Positions 1-15,900 of a stretch of DNA of 64,000 nt are shown here, piece by piece. The notes under the pieces were generated by a model that worked only from the letters and a program-made list of their open reading frames with translations, had not been told where the DNA came from and searched no databases. The position numbers and the translations under genes are program-made. This stretch comes from the human T2T-CHM13v2.0 reference genome, Homo sapiens. The DNA is taken from NCBI RefSeq assembly GCF_009914755.1, contig NC_060934.1; one strand, given 5' to 3'. How positions within the stretch are numbered: position 1 is the stretch's first letter; every line of letters starts with the position of its first letter.

Positions 1-273
1 TCTGGAAAGAAAAAAATAAGCCATCTCATTTTTGTTTTTAATTAACGCAGTCACCAGTTTTTCATTCCAAAGTGTCACAAGCAGGAAATCAAAGAAGGTC
101 TTGTATAAATAATAAGAAAAAGAGGTTCTATTAGCAATGGAAAGCATTTTCAAGGAGAGCTCGATAGAGCGCTGATAGTCTCCACGCTCCCTTCAGGTGA
201 AACCTCTCAAAAATCATAACATAAATTATAGATATGTCCAAGGCTTTTTAGGATAAGATATTAAAAGCCTAAT

Positions 274-601
<328 letters not shown>

Positions 602-1669
602 TTAAAAGCCTCATTTCAATAGTGTCTTAAAAGAAAAAAATATGGAAGAGCCTCTTATTTAGGTCATAACACAAATTCTTCTAATTCAGCCAAAATGAGT
701 AAAACTTTTAGCTTTTTTCTGATTGGTTTTCATTTTAGATTAGTTACAATTTTGAGAAGGAGTCTGTGAAGGATTATTCTAGGGATTTATTTTTGTTCCC
801 TCATAGTTTCTCTGAAAAACTTGATCAGGGAGGAGGAAAGGGTGATCCTGGTTCATTGGACCTGTCAGATCTGAATCCTCAGCTAGAGAAGGAACGGATT
901 CCCTGCATCTTCTCCAGCAGCTTGCCACAGTGAGTATGAACTATCCCTCATGGGGATGTAGAGCTGTGTGCTCAGTTCCCTCTGGGGCTGGTTGGTTTCC
1001 TCTGGGTTTGTTGTGTTAAGCCAGCTGAAATGTGCTAGCTGAAACATGCCGCCTTTAACTCCTGTGCTCACAGTGAAATATCTCTCTAGGACTTGCCAAG
1101 ACAAGGCAAGCTAATACTCACTTCAAATGGCAACAAGCCATTTGAATAGCATTAGTTGCTATTTCCATTTTTATTCTTCCAGAAGAGGTTTCTTCGCTTA
1201 CCACCATCCTCAGCTAACAAACCCATGACGTCATTGTGTTTCTCACCTGCGACTCCTCCCTCGCTTTAGCAGAATCGGCAGTAGAATTGAAGCTAAAGCC
1301 ATCACGTGGCAGGCAGTCCACAAGAGTCTGCTGGGATGCCATTGTTTGCTGGGAGTGTTGTGTCTTGATGTACATCATCTTGTGTGCTTATCCCAGTCAC
1401 CAGAGGAGGTTGGCAAGGAGGGAAACTTTTTTGTTATCCCAACTTTGCAGAAGGAGAAGCTGCTGAGGATAGCATGGCTGGCAAATGGCAAGCTGACCTT
1501 TGAATGAGGAGAGATTTTCCTACTTCTGGTCTAGGCCTGCTTTCATGAGACGATGTTGCCTCTTAGAAACTGGTGTTAGGAGATGTGAAAGGATGTATGG
1601 TTGATATGAAATTAAAAGACCCAGGTTTGCATGCAGCTCTGACCACTTACTACTCATATGACCTGAACA

Positions 1670-2525
<856 letters not shown>

Positions 2526-3098
2526 TGATCCAAGCATTTAAACCCCTTGAGGGTTCCATTTTCTGTCATTTGAAAATATACTATTTCTACTTCATATGAT
2601 CACAGAGGAGACTGAATTTTAAAATGCTCAGTGATAGCTTTTAAATATCCCTTTATTCCCCAGTAAAACCCACAAGGCTATTAAACATTTTGAAGTTGCC
2701 TGGATTTTGCAATGAAGTACATTAATTAGCTACTCTCTGTACAAGGAAGTGGTTTCAAAGGGTGAATGGAAGAAAGCCTGAGTCAAGAGCTCGGAGAACA
2801 CTGCGGCCCTGGCATCGTTACAACAATGACAAAAGAGTAGAACCTTCCTAAAGTAAATTAGAAAACTTCCCATGCTACCAGGTAGTTCTTTCATTTGTAA
2901 ATGAGGAGTGGAATAATTAAAGAAAAATCACAACTGCATTCTTAGAATGTGAATTCACTGATTTGCCAACAGATACTTATTGATTATGCAATATGTACCA
3001 GGCATTATTCCGGGGACAAGTAGTAAGCAGGACAGACAGCTACTTTCTCTTATGAGTCTTCCACTCCAGTGCAGAAACAGAGATAATAAAGAAATAAT

Positions 3099-3418
3099 GG
3101 GCTGGGTGCGGTGGCTCACGCCTGTAATCCCAGAAATTTGGGAGCTCGAGGCGGGTGGATCACCTGAGGTCAGGAGTTTGAGACCAGCCTGACCAATATG
3201 GTGAAACCCTGTCTCTACTAAAAATATAAAAATCAGACAGGTGTGATGGCGTGCGCCTGTAGTCCCAGCTACTCAGGAGGCTGAGACAGGATAATTGCTT
3301 GAACCAGGGAGGTGGAGGTTGCAGTGAGCCTAGATAGCAGCAATGCACTCCAGCCTGGGAGACGGAGCAAGACTCTGCCTCAAAAAAAAAAAAAAAAAAA
3401 GAAAGAAAGAAAGAAAGA
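3099..3418 (+). mobile_element. AluSx-like element inside an L2 remnant (~2950-3800)
   Basis: GGGCTGGGTGCGGTGGCTCACGCC start, A-rich linker, poly-A/(GAAA)n tail. Flanks resemble an L2 3' end. Confidence 0.9.
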
Positions 3419-4676
3419 ATGCAATAGTACATAAGAAATCATGGGTGTTATAATGAAAACAAAACAGTGTGATATCAGTTTAAATGACTGGGAAATTTCT
3501 TTAGGCTGGAAAGCAAGATAAAACTTTTATAAGGGGGTGCTCTTTGAACATCATCCTGAATGATAAAGAGACAGCCCTGTGAGCCTTGGGGAAGAGTGTG
3601 GCATCCAGTGGACAGAAGCCCTGAAGTGGGCATTCTAAAGTCATGGCTAATTGAAAAGTGGTCACTATTTGTCCCTGAATGTATTGCAATAGATACGCAG
3701 AAGGCAGATGTATTTTCACACATAGGGACAGGCACATGGACACCTCGGAAACTCAGATTTGGTGCACAGTTTCTGGTCCTGCCTAAGAAGACAAAGTGGT
3801 ATGGGGTGTCTGTAAATAACACAATTTCATATGGCAGATGCCTTCATAGTCCCCAGTGAGGGACAGTGGTATGTGTTGTGATTAGGTGAGTTGGGCTTCC
3901 TGAAGGGGGTGAATTATTCTTTGTGTTTAGAAAGTGAAGGGCAGAGAGAAGCTGTGAAAGTCACTTGGGTCGAATGCGGACCAAAACTTGGCTATAGCAA
4001 GAGGCAAACAATGTTTGGGGGCCAGTGAGCACATAGGTTTGGCTGAAGTAGAGGGTTTCTGAGGGACTAAAGAGAAATGGCTGTAGTGGAAAGGGAAGGG
4101 GTGTTTGTGGAGGAGGTCCAAGGGTGAGCTGTGGCAGTTGGGTTTTATAGGACGAGTAGTGGAGAGCCTTGGTAGTGCTAAGAAATGGACTTTCTGAAGA
4201 GAGGAAGTCTAAAAATGTCCATCTCTCTGTGGGAGGATACTCACAGCTGTTCCCTGCCTCCGGCCCCTTGGCCACCCCCACTTCTTCTCCCACCACTCTG
4301 CCCAGTACGGACTCATTCCTCACTTGTCCAGTTTAATACACTTCTCCTTCCAGATGTAAGCAACCCCTTCCCTGAGTGCCCAGGTTTATAATGGGAAGGC
4401 TGCCATGACAACATAGCAGAAATAGACAATAGAATTTAAACCCATCCATGCTAGAAAAATCTATGGTTTCGAGTGTGTATAAATCAGTGGAAATCAGGGA
4501 GAAACCTCACCTCATGCTCAGGTCAGTCCTGGAAGGTAAACAAGTGTTCTCATCTGACAGAATACAAAGGATCCGAAACCAGCCTGGCAGTCAGCATCTG
4601 GTAGACATTGGTCAGGAATTGAGTTATTGCTTCTCAAGAAGAAAAGTTGCTTGGCCATATTGCTCACTTAAAAGCT

Positions 4677-4980
4677 GTTTTTGTTTTTGTTTTTTCCAAG
4701 ACAGGGTCTCACTCTGTCGCCCAGGCTGGAGTGCAGTGGTGCAATCATAGCTCACTGTTGTCTCCAAATCCTAGGCTCAAGCAATCCCCCTCCCTCAGTC
4801 TCCTGAGGTGCTGGGACTACAAGTGCACGCCACCAGGTCCTGCTAATTTTTAAATGTTTTTGTAGAGACTGGGTCTTGCTATGTTGCCCAGGCTGGTCTT
4901 GAATTCCTGGCCTCTAGCTATTCTCCCACCTTGGCCTCTCAGAAGTGTTGGGATTACAGGTGTGAGCCACTATGTCCAGC
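4677..4980 (-). mobile_element. AluJ
   Basis: Diverged Alu dimer (GGCTCAAGCAATCC, GGGTCTTGCTATGTTGCCC). Confidence 0.88.
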
Positions 4981-5785
4981 TGAGAGCTGTGTTTTCTCAT
5001 TTCTAGACTGCCTTGCATTTGTGCACCTTCCCTCTTTCTTATTATTAATCTGTCACCTGGTGATTATTCTTGCGTTGAAATTCAGTCCCGCCAAATTTCC
5101 AAAGCCCTGCCAACCTCAAGCAGAGACTAGAAGGGGTAACTGGGCCCTGTTACTTTACCTTTTTATCCATTTCCCTTTTAGTAGAGAGGTATTTAAGTCT
5201 CAAACCTGAAATTTGGGAAGAAAAAAATATTAATTAACTATAATTATCACTTTCCAGTCACTTTACAAATCCTATTTCTTTTCTCTGTCATTCATTCATA
5301 AAAATAAGTGGCTCACTTTTAAAATTCATTTGTCTTAGTTAGCAGCTTTATTCAGGAATTTGAAGGAGGGTTCTTAAAGAAGTGAGAAATGGCACATCAA
5401 AATTTCAGTTATTTTCCCATGCTTGCTGTGCAACTGTAGGTGACTGGTGATTCTTCAGTAAAGGGGAAGATACAACTTATGAAGGCTGCTGCGGTCTTCT
5501 TAGCAGCTATTGGGAGGGAAGTGTATGTCGTAAGTCTTAGCTATAATACTCATCTGTATATCTACATGATTATAATTAAGTAGCACATATTATACTAAAT
5601 GATTACCAAAAGGAACATAAAATTGATTTCTGCTGATTTTTTAAAAAAGTAAACTCAAACGAAGTACATTCTATCTGAAAAGTACTGAATCATTTCATGT
5701 GAGGATTTTTGTTTTAATTCCCTGATAAGGCAAAATTACAAAGTAGGTTAGCTATATACTTCTCACATCTTCTTTAGGAGCCTTT

Positions 5786-6170
5786 GTCTTAGTTCGTTTT
5801 CTGTTGCTATAACAGAATGCCATAGACTGGGTTATTTATAAAGAAAATAAATTTAGTTCCGGAGGCTGGGTAGTCCGGGAGCATGGCACTGGCATCTGAT
5901 GAGGACCTTCTTGCTGTATCCTAACATAGTGGAAGGGCAAATGAGCCAATGAGACAGAGAAAGGCTCCAGGAGCTGGGCTCACTTTATAACAACCCACTC
6001 TTGCAATAAAAAACCCATTCCCATGATAGTGACATTGGTTCATTCATGAGGGCTCTGTCCTCATGACCCAGTCACCTCTTATTAGAACCCACCTCCCAAT
6101 ACTGCTACATTGAGGATTAAGTTTCTAACACAAGTTTCTAACTTTTAGGAAACACATTCACACCTTAGCA
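5786..6170. mobile_element. MaLR solo LTR (MSTC/MSTD-like)
   Basis: Starts TGTCTTAGTTCGTTTTCTGTTGCTATAACAGAATGCCATAGACTGGG and ends ACACATTCACACCTTAGCA, typical MST termini. Confidence 0.8.
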
Positions 6171-6399
6171 GCTCTGCTTGTCAATGCTGAAATTTATTTT
6201 CTGTGCTGAGTGCTCTAATTCTGCCTAAATCCATCTGGACAGATAAATGATTCATTAATTATTTCAACAAATAGTTGGATGCATATTCTGAGCCAGGTGA
6301 TCTGATAAACCAGTTCACCCAGAAGTGAATAGCAGTAACAAGTAATCTCTCTGAGGGCTATTTGATTTTTTTTGGTTTTGTGTTTTGATTTTGTTTTTC

Positions 6400-7855
6400 T
6401 TATTTTAAAATTAAAATTAAAATTTTTATGGATACATAGTAGATATATATATTTATGTAGTACATGAGGTATTTTGATACAGGCATACAATGTGTAATAA
6501 TCACACTAGGGTAAATGGGGTATTCTTCACCTCAAGCATTTATCATTTCTTTGTGTTACGAACATTCCAATTATACTCTTTTGTTTATTTTAAAATGTAC
6601 AGTAAATTATTGTTGATTGTAAGCACCCTGTTGTGCTATCAAATACTAGATCTTATTAATTCCATCTAACTATATTTTTGTCCCCATTAACCATCCTCAC
6701 TCCCCCACCCCCACTCCACTACCCTTCATACCTCTGGTAACCATCGTTCTACTTTCTATCTCTGTGAATTCAATTGTCTTAATTTTTAGCTTCCACAAAT
6801 TAGGGATAACATGTGGAGTTTGACTATCTGTGTTTGGCTTATTTCACTTAATGTAATGTCCTCTAGTTCCATCCATGTTGTTGCAAATGACAGGATCTCA
6901 TTTTTTTATGGCTTTTTATTCTTTTTTATAGTACTGCATTGTCATTATGTACCACATTTTCTTTATCCATTCATCTGTTGATGGACACTTAGGCTGCTTC
7001 CAAATTTTGGCTATTGTGGAGAGTTCTGCAGTAAACATGGGTGTACATATATCTCTTCAATATACTAATTTCTTTTGGATATATACCAGCAGTGGGATTG
7101 CTGGATCTTATGTTAGTTCTATTTTTAGTTTTTAGAGGAAGCTCCGAACTGTTCTCCTAAGTGGCTATACTAATTTACATTCCCACCAGCAGTGTATGAG
7201 GGTTCCCTTTTCTCCGCGCCCTTGACAGCATTTGTTACTGCCTATCTTTTGGATAAAAGCCATTTTAACTGGGATGAGATGATATCTCATTGCATTTTGA
7301 TTTGCATTTCTCTGATGATCAATGATGTTGAGCAACTTTTCATATGCCTGTTTACCATCTGTATGTCTTCTTTTGAGAAATGCCTATTCAGATGCTTTGC
7401 CCACTTTTAATGGGATTATTAGATATTTTTTCTGTTGAGTTGTTTGAGCTCCTTATATATTTTGGTTATTAATCTTTTGTAAAATGGATACTTTGCAAAT
7501 ATTCTCTCCCATTCTGAGGGTTGTCTCTTCAGTTTGTTGACTGTTTCCTTTGCTGTGCAGAAGCTTTTTAACTTGATGTAATCTCATTTATCCATGTTTG
7601 CTTTGGTTACCTGTGCTTTTGAGTTATTACTCAATACATCTTTGCCTAGACCAATGTCCTGGAGAGTTCCCCCAATGTTTTCTTTTAGTAGTTTCATAGT
7701 TTGAGGTCATGGATTTAAGTCTTTAATTTATTTTGATTTGATTTTTGCATATAGTGGGAGATAGGGGTTTTAGTTTCATTCTTCTGCATATAGATATTGA
7801 GTTTTTCCAGCACCATTTATTGAAGAGACTGTTGTTTCCCCAATGTATGTTCTTG
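6400..7855 (-). mobile_element. L1MA-type LINE, 3' UTR and end of ORF2
   Basis: L1 antisense motifs (ATCCATTCATCTGTTGATGGACACTTAGG, GCTGTGCAGAAGCTTTTTA, CAGCACCATTTATTGAAGAGACT). Ends abruptly at ERV sequence. Confidence 0.9.
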
Positions 7856-9206
7856 CTGATGTCTCCACACTTAAAACAAAAGATCAGTTTCTCAGAAATT
7901 ATATACTTGGTTTATCTTCCACTTTCCCTCAGAACTAAAAGTCTTTTAGCACAGGTACCACCCCTAAAATTTCCAGTAAACCAGCACCAGCCAGAGGATC
8001 ACGTTCTCATCAAAGGGTGGAAAGAAGGGAAACTCAAGCCAGACTGGGAAGGACCCTACCTTGTGCTGCTAACCACGGAGACTGCTGTTCGCACAGCGGA
8101 AAGGGAATGTACACATTACACCCGAGTCAAGAAAGCACCATTATCATCAGAATCATGGGCCATTGTTCCTGGATCAAGCCCTACCAAATTAAAGCTAAGA
8201 AAAGCTTAGTCTATCTATCTTTTCCTTTTCTTTCCTAACCCAGTGCCTGTATCCATTACTATTCCTACCACTAGCAACTCTAACCCCACTTTAGAGCGTT
8301 TCTATGGTTTAGGAGCAAAGGTCACTGGAAAGGATCCTATAGGCTTCTTTAAGATGCGCTTTGTTCTCCTTTCTCCACCTCCTACAACTGCCCCTTTCTC
8401 AAACCTACAAAATCAAACTATGCCTCGCCTCATGCCCAATGGCGAAACCAAGGTCTCAGTAGTACAAATAGGAGACCTAAGGCAAACCATAGCCATTAAA
8501 ACAAGGTATAAAGATGTAAATGCCTGGTTAGAATGGATTAAATATTCCATTTGCACTTTAAACAACAGTGACTATTACACTTGTGCGCATGGTAGGCCAG
8601 AGGCCCAGGTTGTTCCCTTTCCACTAGGATGGTCCTCAAATCCAGCGGACATGGAGTGCACGGTAGCTTTCTTTCAAGATTCCACTGCCTGGAATAAAAA
8701 ATTGTGCCAAGCTCTTTCTCTGCTATTTCCTGAAGTTCAACACCCTGCGGGTCAGCCCCCGAGGGCCATCCAGGCTCCATCTTCCAAGACCAATTTTACC
8801 TCATGTCTCCAACAACAAGAGGAAAACTTTCACGTTCCTTGGAGACTTAACAGCATGCAGTGAAGTCAGGCACTTCCAAGAGTTGACCCATCAGTCTGCC
8901 CTTATTCATCCCTGATTGGATGTGTGGTTGTATTATGGAGGACCTTCACTGGACACTCTGCCAAATAATTAGAGCAGTACTTATGCTCTAATTCAATTGG
9001 CTATCCCTTTTACCCTGGCATTTCATCAACCAGAAAAAGAAGAAAAAGAAAAAAAAACACATAGCCTCAATTCTTACCTCTTTAACAACTATAATAAGTA
9101 TACTCCTTCTTCTTAGGTGTTATGTTGTACCATACATCCAGGAGTTAATCAAAACAACTAAGTCAAGACTTGCTAAGCAAGTTTGAAACTATAAAGAGGA
9201 GGGAAT
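7856..9206 (+). mobile_element. HERV-I (HERVIP10-type, ERV1) internal remnant: end of pol plus deleted env
   Basis: Integrase C-terminal GPY/F motif WEGPYLVLLTTETAVRTAE in ORF 7745-8209. Env SU-like peptide NAWLEWIKYS...CAHGRPEAQVVPFPLGWS in ORF 8243-8863. Stops, frameshifts and no recognisable TM. Polypurine tract AAAGAGGAGGGAAT at 9193-9206. Confidence 0.88.
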
Positions 9207-9752
9207 TGTAGAAAGTAAAAAGTTTCCTCTTCAAAGTTTCCCTTCTTGTTAAATAATAAATCATAAGTGTTAGAAATAATAGTTTCTTTTAAAGACTAAC
9301 TTTCTTCAAGCCTCCTTGCTTTGTTAAACCCTATTCTGTGTAACTGTTGGACATGCTCACAGGCACATTCCAGCTCACAGCCTATGCCCCTTCTTTATTT
9401 GGAAATGTTATTGCTTCCTTAAACTTTTCATAAGCAACTTCTTTGTTCGTCCCTGCACTTACCTATTTAGGAAGTTTTAGGCTATTAGCAAATTGGGTAT
9501 CAGTTTAAGAGTGTGAGGTTCCGCTCCAGCCAATGGATGCAGGACACAGCAGTAAGGACAACCCAAATGTGTAAGGGATAAATATGTCTGCTTTTCCTTT
9601 GTTCAGGTGTGCTTTCACCATTGGTCCATCTGCGATTGAGCAACCTTTCTGCAGAAAGTAAAGATTGCCTTGCTGAGAGATCTTTTGTCTCTGTGCTGAC
9701 TTTTCTTCACAGCACTGATGATCAATTTCTAACAATTTTGGTATTTCTAACA
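9207..9752 (+). mobile_element. 3' LTR of the provirus (LTR10 family, probably LTR10B-like)
   Basis: Begins TGTAGAAAGTAAAAAGTTTCC immediately after the PPT and ends TTTCTAACA (TG...CA). TATA-like GATAAAT at ~9577 and AGTAAA poly(A)-like signal at ~9657. Subfamily is from memory. Confidence 0.82.
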
Positions 9753-10224
9753 AGACCTCTTAAAGGAGCCAGGCGCCAAGAGGAACATGAACTGGGGCTA
9801 ACGAGGAACCCAGGGCCAGGGGACTTTTGGGGGTCTTTTTTGTCCTCCTTGTCTTTCTTTTCCTTTTTCTTCTTCTTCTTAATGACCCCAGAGTTGACAG
9901 CTTTGCCCACTCTCAGATCACCAGGTTCTGATAGTGTTTGTCATGTGGATGGTCCCATATAGACTGCCTGTTGGCAAAGTTGAAAAAATATTTGTCACCC
10001 CCCATGTCCTGGCATAGTTTCCACTCCCCAGGCAGTGGGGCCACAATGCCCTCCCATGCCAGCCACATCAGTTCTGTTTCCTTGATGGGATCAATACCAA
10101 TCTCCAGGGCAAATTCAAGAATTTCTTCCTCACTTAAAATGTAGGTCTCATTATAATCCTCCTCCAGAACTAGCTGATCTCCTATGCAGAGGGGTGGGAG
10201 GGGTTGGTGAGGTCATCTAGCTAT
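9753..10224 (-). pseudogene. CEP164P1: Processed CEP164 pseudogene, N-terminal WW-domain region (probably CEP164P1)
   Basis: Minus-strand translation gives [91 protein letters not shown], matching the CEP164 N-terminus with no introns. Start codon is ATA (10222-10224), TGA at codon 4 (10213-10215), plus frameshifts. The P1 designation is from memory. Confidence 0.92.
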
Positions 10225-10616
10225 GACTCACCTGGGCTCGAACACTGGCTGTATGACCTTAGGCAAGGTGCTTCACCTCTCTCAGCCTCAATAACTGCAA
10301 GTGTATAATTGAAACAATCTTGACAATCTATGTCAAAAGCCCGCCAGACCCCCAGTCTGCTCAGGAGCCGGCGAAATTTCAAATGGGGGTACTGTTGAGG
10401 CACCGTTGCAGGCTGTGTTTTTCACTTCTTCCCTCAGTCCACGCCCACACTCTGGCGCATTGTGTGCTGATTGGCTCACAAGCTTCCCTAAGCTACCCCG
10501 CCACTCTCCCTTCTCCACCGCCCAACCCCTACCTCGATGAGGTCCTCACCTATCCACCACCCCAGAAGGCTCTGGGTGAGGCTCCGGGCGAGGCACAGCG
10601 CCCCCAGTGCCACCCA
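10225..10616 (-). promoter_or_regulatory. Putative co-retroposed CEP164 5' UTR/promoter-like segment
   Basis: MIR-like piece ~10237-10290, then a GC-rich tract with residual CpGs, AGCCAATCAG (10467-10476, minus) and TTTGAA (10378-10383, minus). Activity is not shown by sequence. Confidence 0.45.
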
Positions 10617-12061
<1,445 letters not shown>

Positions 12062-12074
12062 CACATCCAGCTAA

Positions 12075-12958
<884 letters not shown>

Positions 12959-15900
12959 CTAGTAATTATTTTATGGAATTATTTCCTAGCCTAGACTAAA
13001 TGGCAGAAACTCTCATTTATTTTTTCTTAATAGGACATTCCTTGGCACCTAATAGGTAATCAGTATTTGTTGATTGGATGAATGGTTGTGACTGTTATCA
13101 GCAACCGGTGATACTGACTTTAAAATTATAAAACACACCCAACACGCATGTACATTCTCATGCTCCTCCATATCTGTAATCAAAATATTGACAATCCCCA
13201 GACACTGTATTCCTTATTTACTTCTTTCAGAAGTGGCTATGGAAGGCAACTTCAGGAGATTCCTGTGGGTCTTTGCTCCTCCTTCCTTACCCTGGAAAGA
13301 GTAGAGAATGAAATAAGGCCACTAAATGCTGGTCAGGGGGAAAATAAGCTGCTGTTTTGCAGATGCATGTAGATGAAGCTGTTGACCTGCAGTTTGAAGG
13401 ATACTTATTTTCTGTTTTTTCTTGTAGTGTGCAGTCTTCCATATCTGTATATTGGCGAGGGTTTTCCTGGATTTTTCTCAGATATTTCTGAGTTTTGTGT
13501 TTTGTGCTTCTGGAGTATTAGAAATGGAGCACATCCTGTTTGATGAAGGCCAGTTATGGTATAATGCAAGCAAGTGGAGATACAGATATTACATCAAGTT
13601 CAGATAACTGAGATGAGTGACAGAGTAAAGACACCCTTGATTAAGCTTTCTCCACAAAAGTGTAACTCTTTGTTAAAATATTATAACCATCAGCTCATCC
13701 TTAATGAAGTACAGTTACACAGTTACTCGCTTATGGTGAAGACACCATGATTTAAAGAAATGCATCTATTCTGTCTTCTTAAATCTACAGTTTTCTAAAG
13801 GCCTACTCACTTTGTTTCCCCAGGAATTTATTTTCTGCACCATACTTCTCTCCTTCTGGCCAGAAGCAATTTGTAATCCTGGTTCTCTGACTTGACCCTG
13901 GGCAGCCTTCACTGAGAAGCCTTGGACTTTGACGTTCTTGGAGGTGGATCTAAGTTTGGGTTAAATCGTTCCGTCTGTATACTATAAAGATGACAACAAT
14001 GGCAACGATAATAAAACGCCCAAAATACCTCCATAACTTTTTGTTTCAGGTACATAAGAAAAGTGTAGAAACTTATTGCCTCAACCTATTCTTTTCTCCC
14101 TACAGTCATAACACGTTTAAATGTTTTACGTTATCTTTCTAGGGGAAATCTAATCTCCCACTGCAATTTTTCTCACTGTTTATTTACATTTTTCAATACA
14201 CACACACGTACATATGCATATACACACATATACACATATCACCACCACACAATAATAACAGAAATTCAATCTTTCCTGGCATTTTAAAGCTTTTAGTGTC
14301 CACATGACTTTTCAAGGTAGGAAGCATCTCTGAGAGGGAGAGAAACGGCTCTGGGACCAACTTCTGCTCCTGCCTATCAGCACCTTATCAGATACAGGCA
14401 GATTTTCTGAAATCTACAAAGTCAGCTTCCGTAGACTCCTAGTTCTTCTCTTCTGGTGACACCTTATTAGTTTAAGTCACTTCCACATTTTCTACATAAA
14501 CATTCCCAGTGTTTGTGAAAAGTACAATTTTAAAAGCAAGCAGAGAAAGAAAAGTTCCACATCGCTGTCTCTAAAGAGGATGAGAGAATAGAAGAACATG
14601 AGCTTATAATCGTATGATTTAGACCCTTGACAAGCCCAAGTGAGTACTTCAAGGCACTGGCAGGCAGGGGCAACATGCTGATTAAACATGCTGCACTGAA
14701 GTCAGAGTTCTGCATAAATACTATTCTGTGTCACTGTTGATTTTCTCCTTTAGCACAACCGAAAATAAGTTGCTCTCACTGTGTCCATCATCTCACCTTG
14801 AATGGAATTTCCTTAGTGTACAGAATATCAGAAGTGGGACTGCCTTGCCCCTGCAAAATGGCGAAGTAGATAAAGTTTATTTTTGCTGCCATCTTACCTT
14901 CCCTCTGCTTGTACCCCAATTTCCTGGAGTTGTTCCTCAGGCTCTATCCCGTGTCCAATTCCCAAGGGCCTCCTTGCTGTCAGTTAATAATAGCTTTCAA
15001 TGCTATTATTCTTCTCGGAGTTTTTGCATTTTAATAGGACCCCCAGGGATTAAAATGCCTCCAGAACCAGAAGACTGAATCTCTAATGGTGTAATTTTAG
15101 GTACCAGTGACAGGCATTGTGGGAGATTTCATGGGGAGGATTCTCTCAGAAGACAAACACCTCCCCCGACAGCTTTCGACTTGACTGACTTGGTATGGTT
15201 GACCCTACAAAGGAGTACAGGAATGTGAATTAATCAGCCATGAAATACTGAACGTTATTGCAAAGATAACCTTCAGCTTTGCTAATTATACTTTAATGTT
15301 TTAATCAACATTTCAGTAAATGAGTATGTGGTAATATTGGAGGTGTTTCCTGGCTGGGAAAATTATGCGGTATCTTAGAGAAAGTTCTCTGGAGTGACAG
15401 TGGAGTAGGGGTTGGAGTGGAGTTTTTGGGATGGAAATGCTTAGTAATCTGTGTTCCAGGTCTTAGCCCATTACTGAAGGAAGCAATCACATTGACACAG
15501 AAGAGAATCACCCGATTAACTCTTAGGTACAGGTGTGAAATAATAATAAACCCCATACTGAACTGTTGTTTTAGTATACGTTTTCCACATGGACAAAAAA
15601 AAAAAAAGAAGAAGAAGAAGCTGGGATATTCTTCTCACCATTGTTCAGCACAAGAGGGTGTCAGATTCCTGCACTTTATCTGGACTTCTCTATCGTTCTT
15701 TTTTTCTCCTGCTAAGTAAACAGTGGAGATTCATCCATTATTCAGCTATCAGAGACTCAGGATTTTCTGGTTGTGGAACTTGGGAATTCTTACACTTCTT
15801 TAAAACTGTGGAAAAATGTATTTCCAAAACTGCTGGAAAGGGAAATGGAGATATCAACCCCTACAATGTAATTAATCCTTGTGAGCTTCTCCCCCAGAGG

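Noticed and set aside
7745-8209. 154-aa ORF as a novel gene
   Set aside because: Chance read-through from antisense L1 into HERV pol; starts at TTG, not ATG.
14670-14695. Two ACATGCTG p53-like half-sites
   Set aside because: Both deviate from RRRCWWGYYY and are separated by a spacer; compatible with chance.
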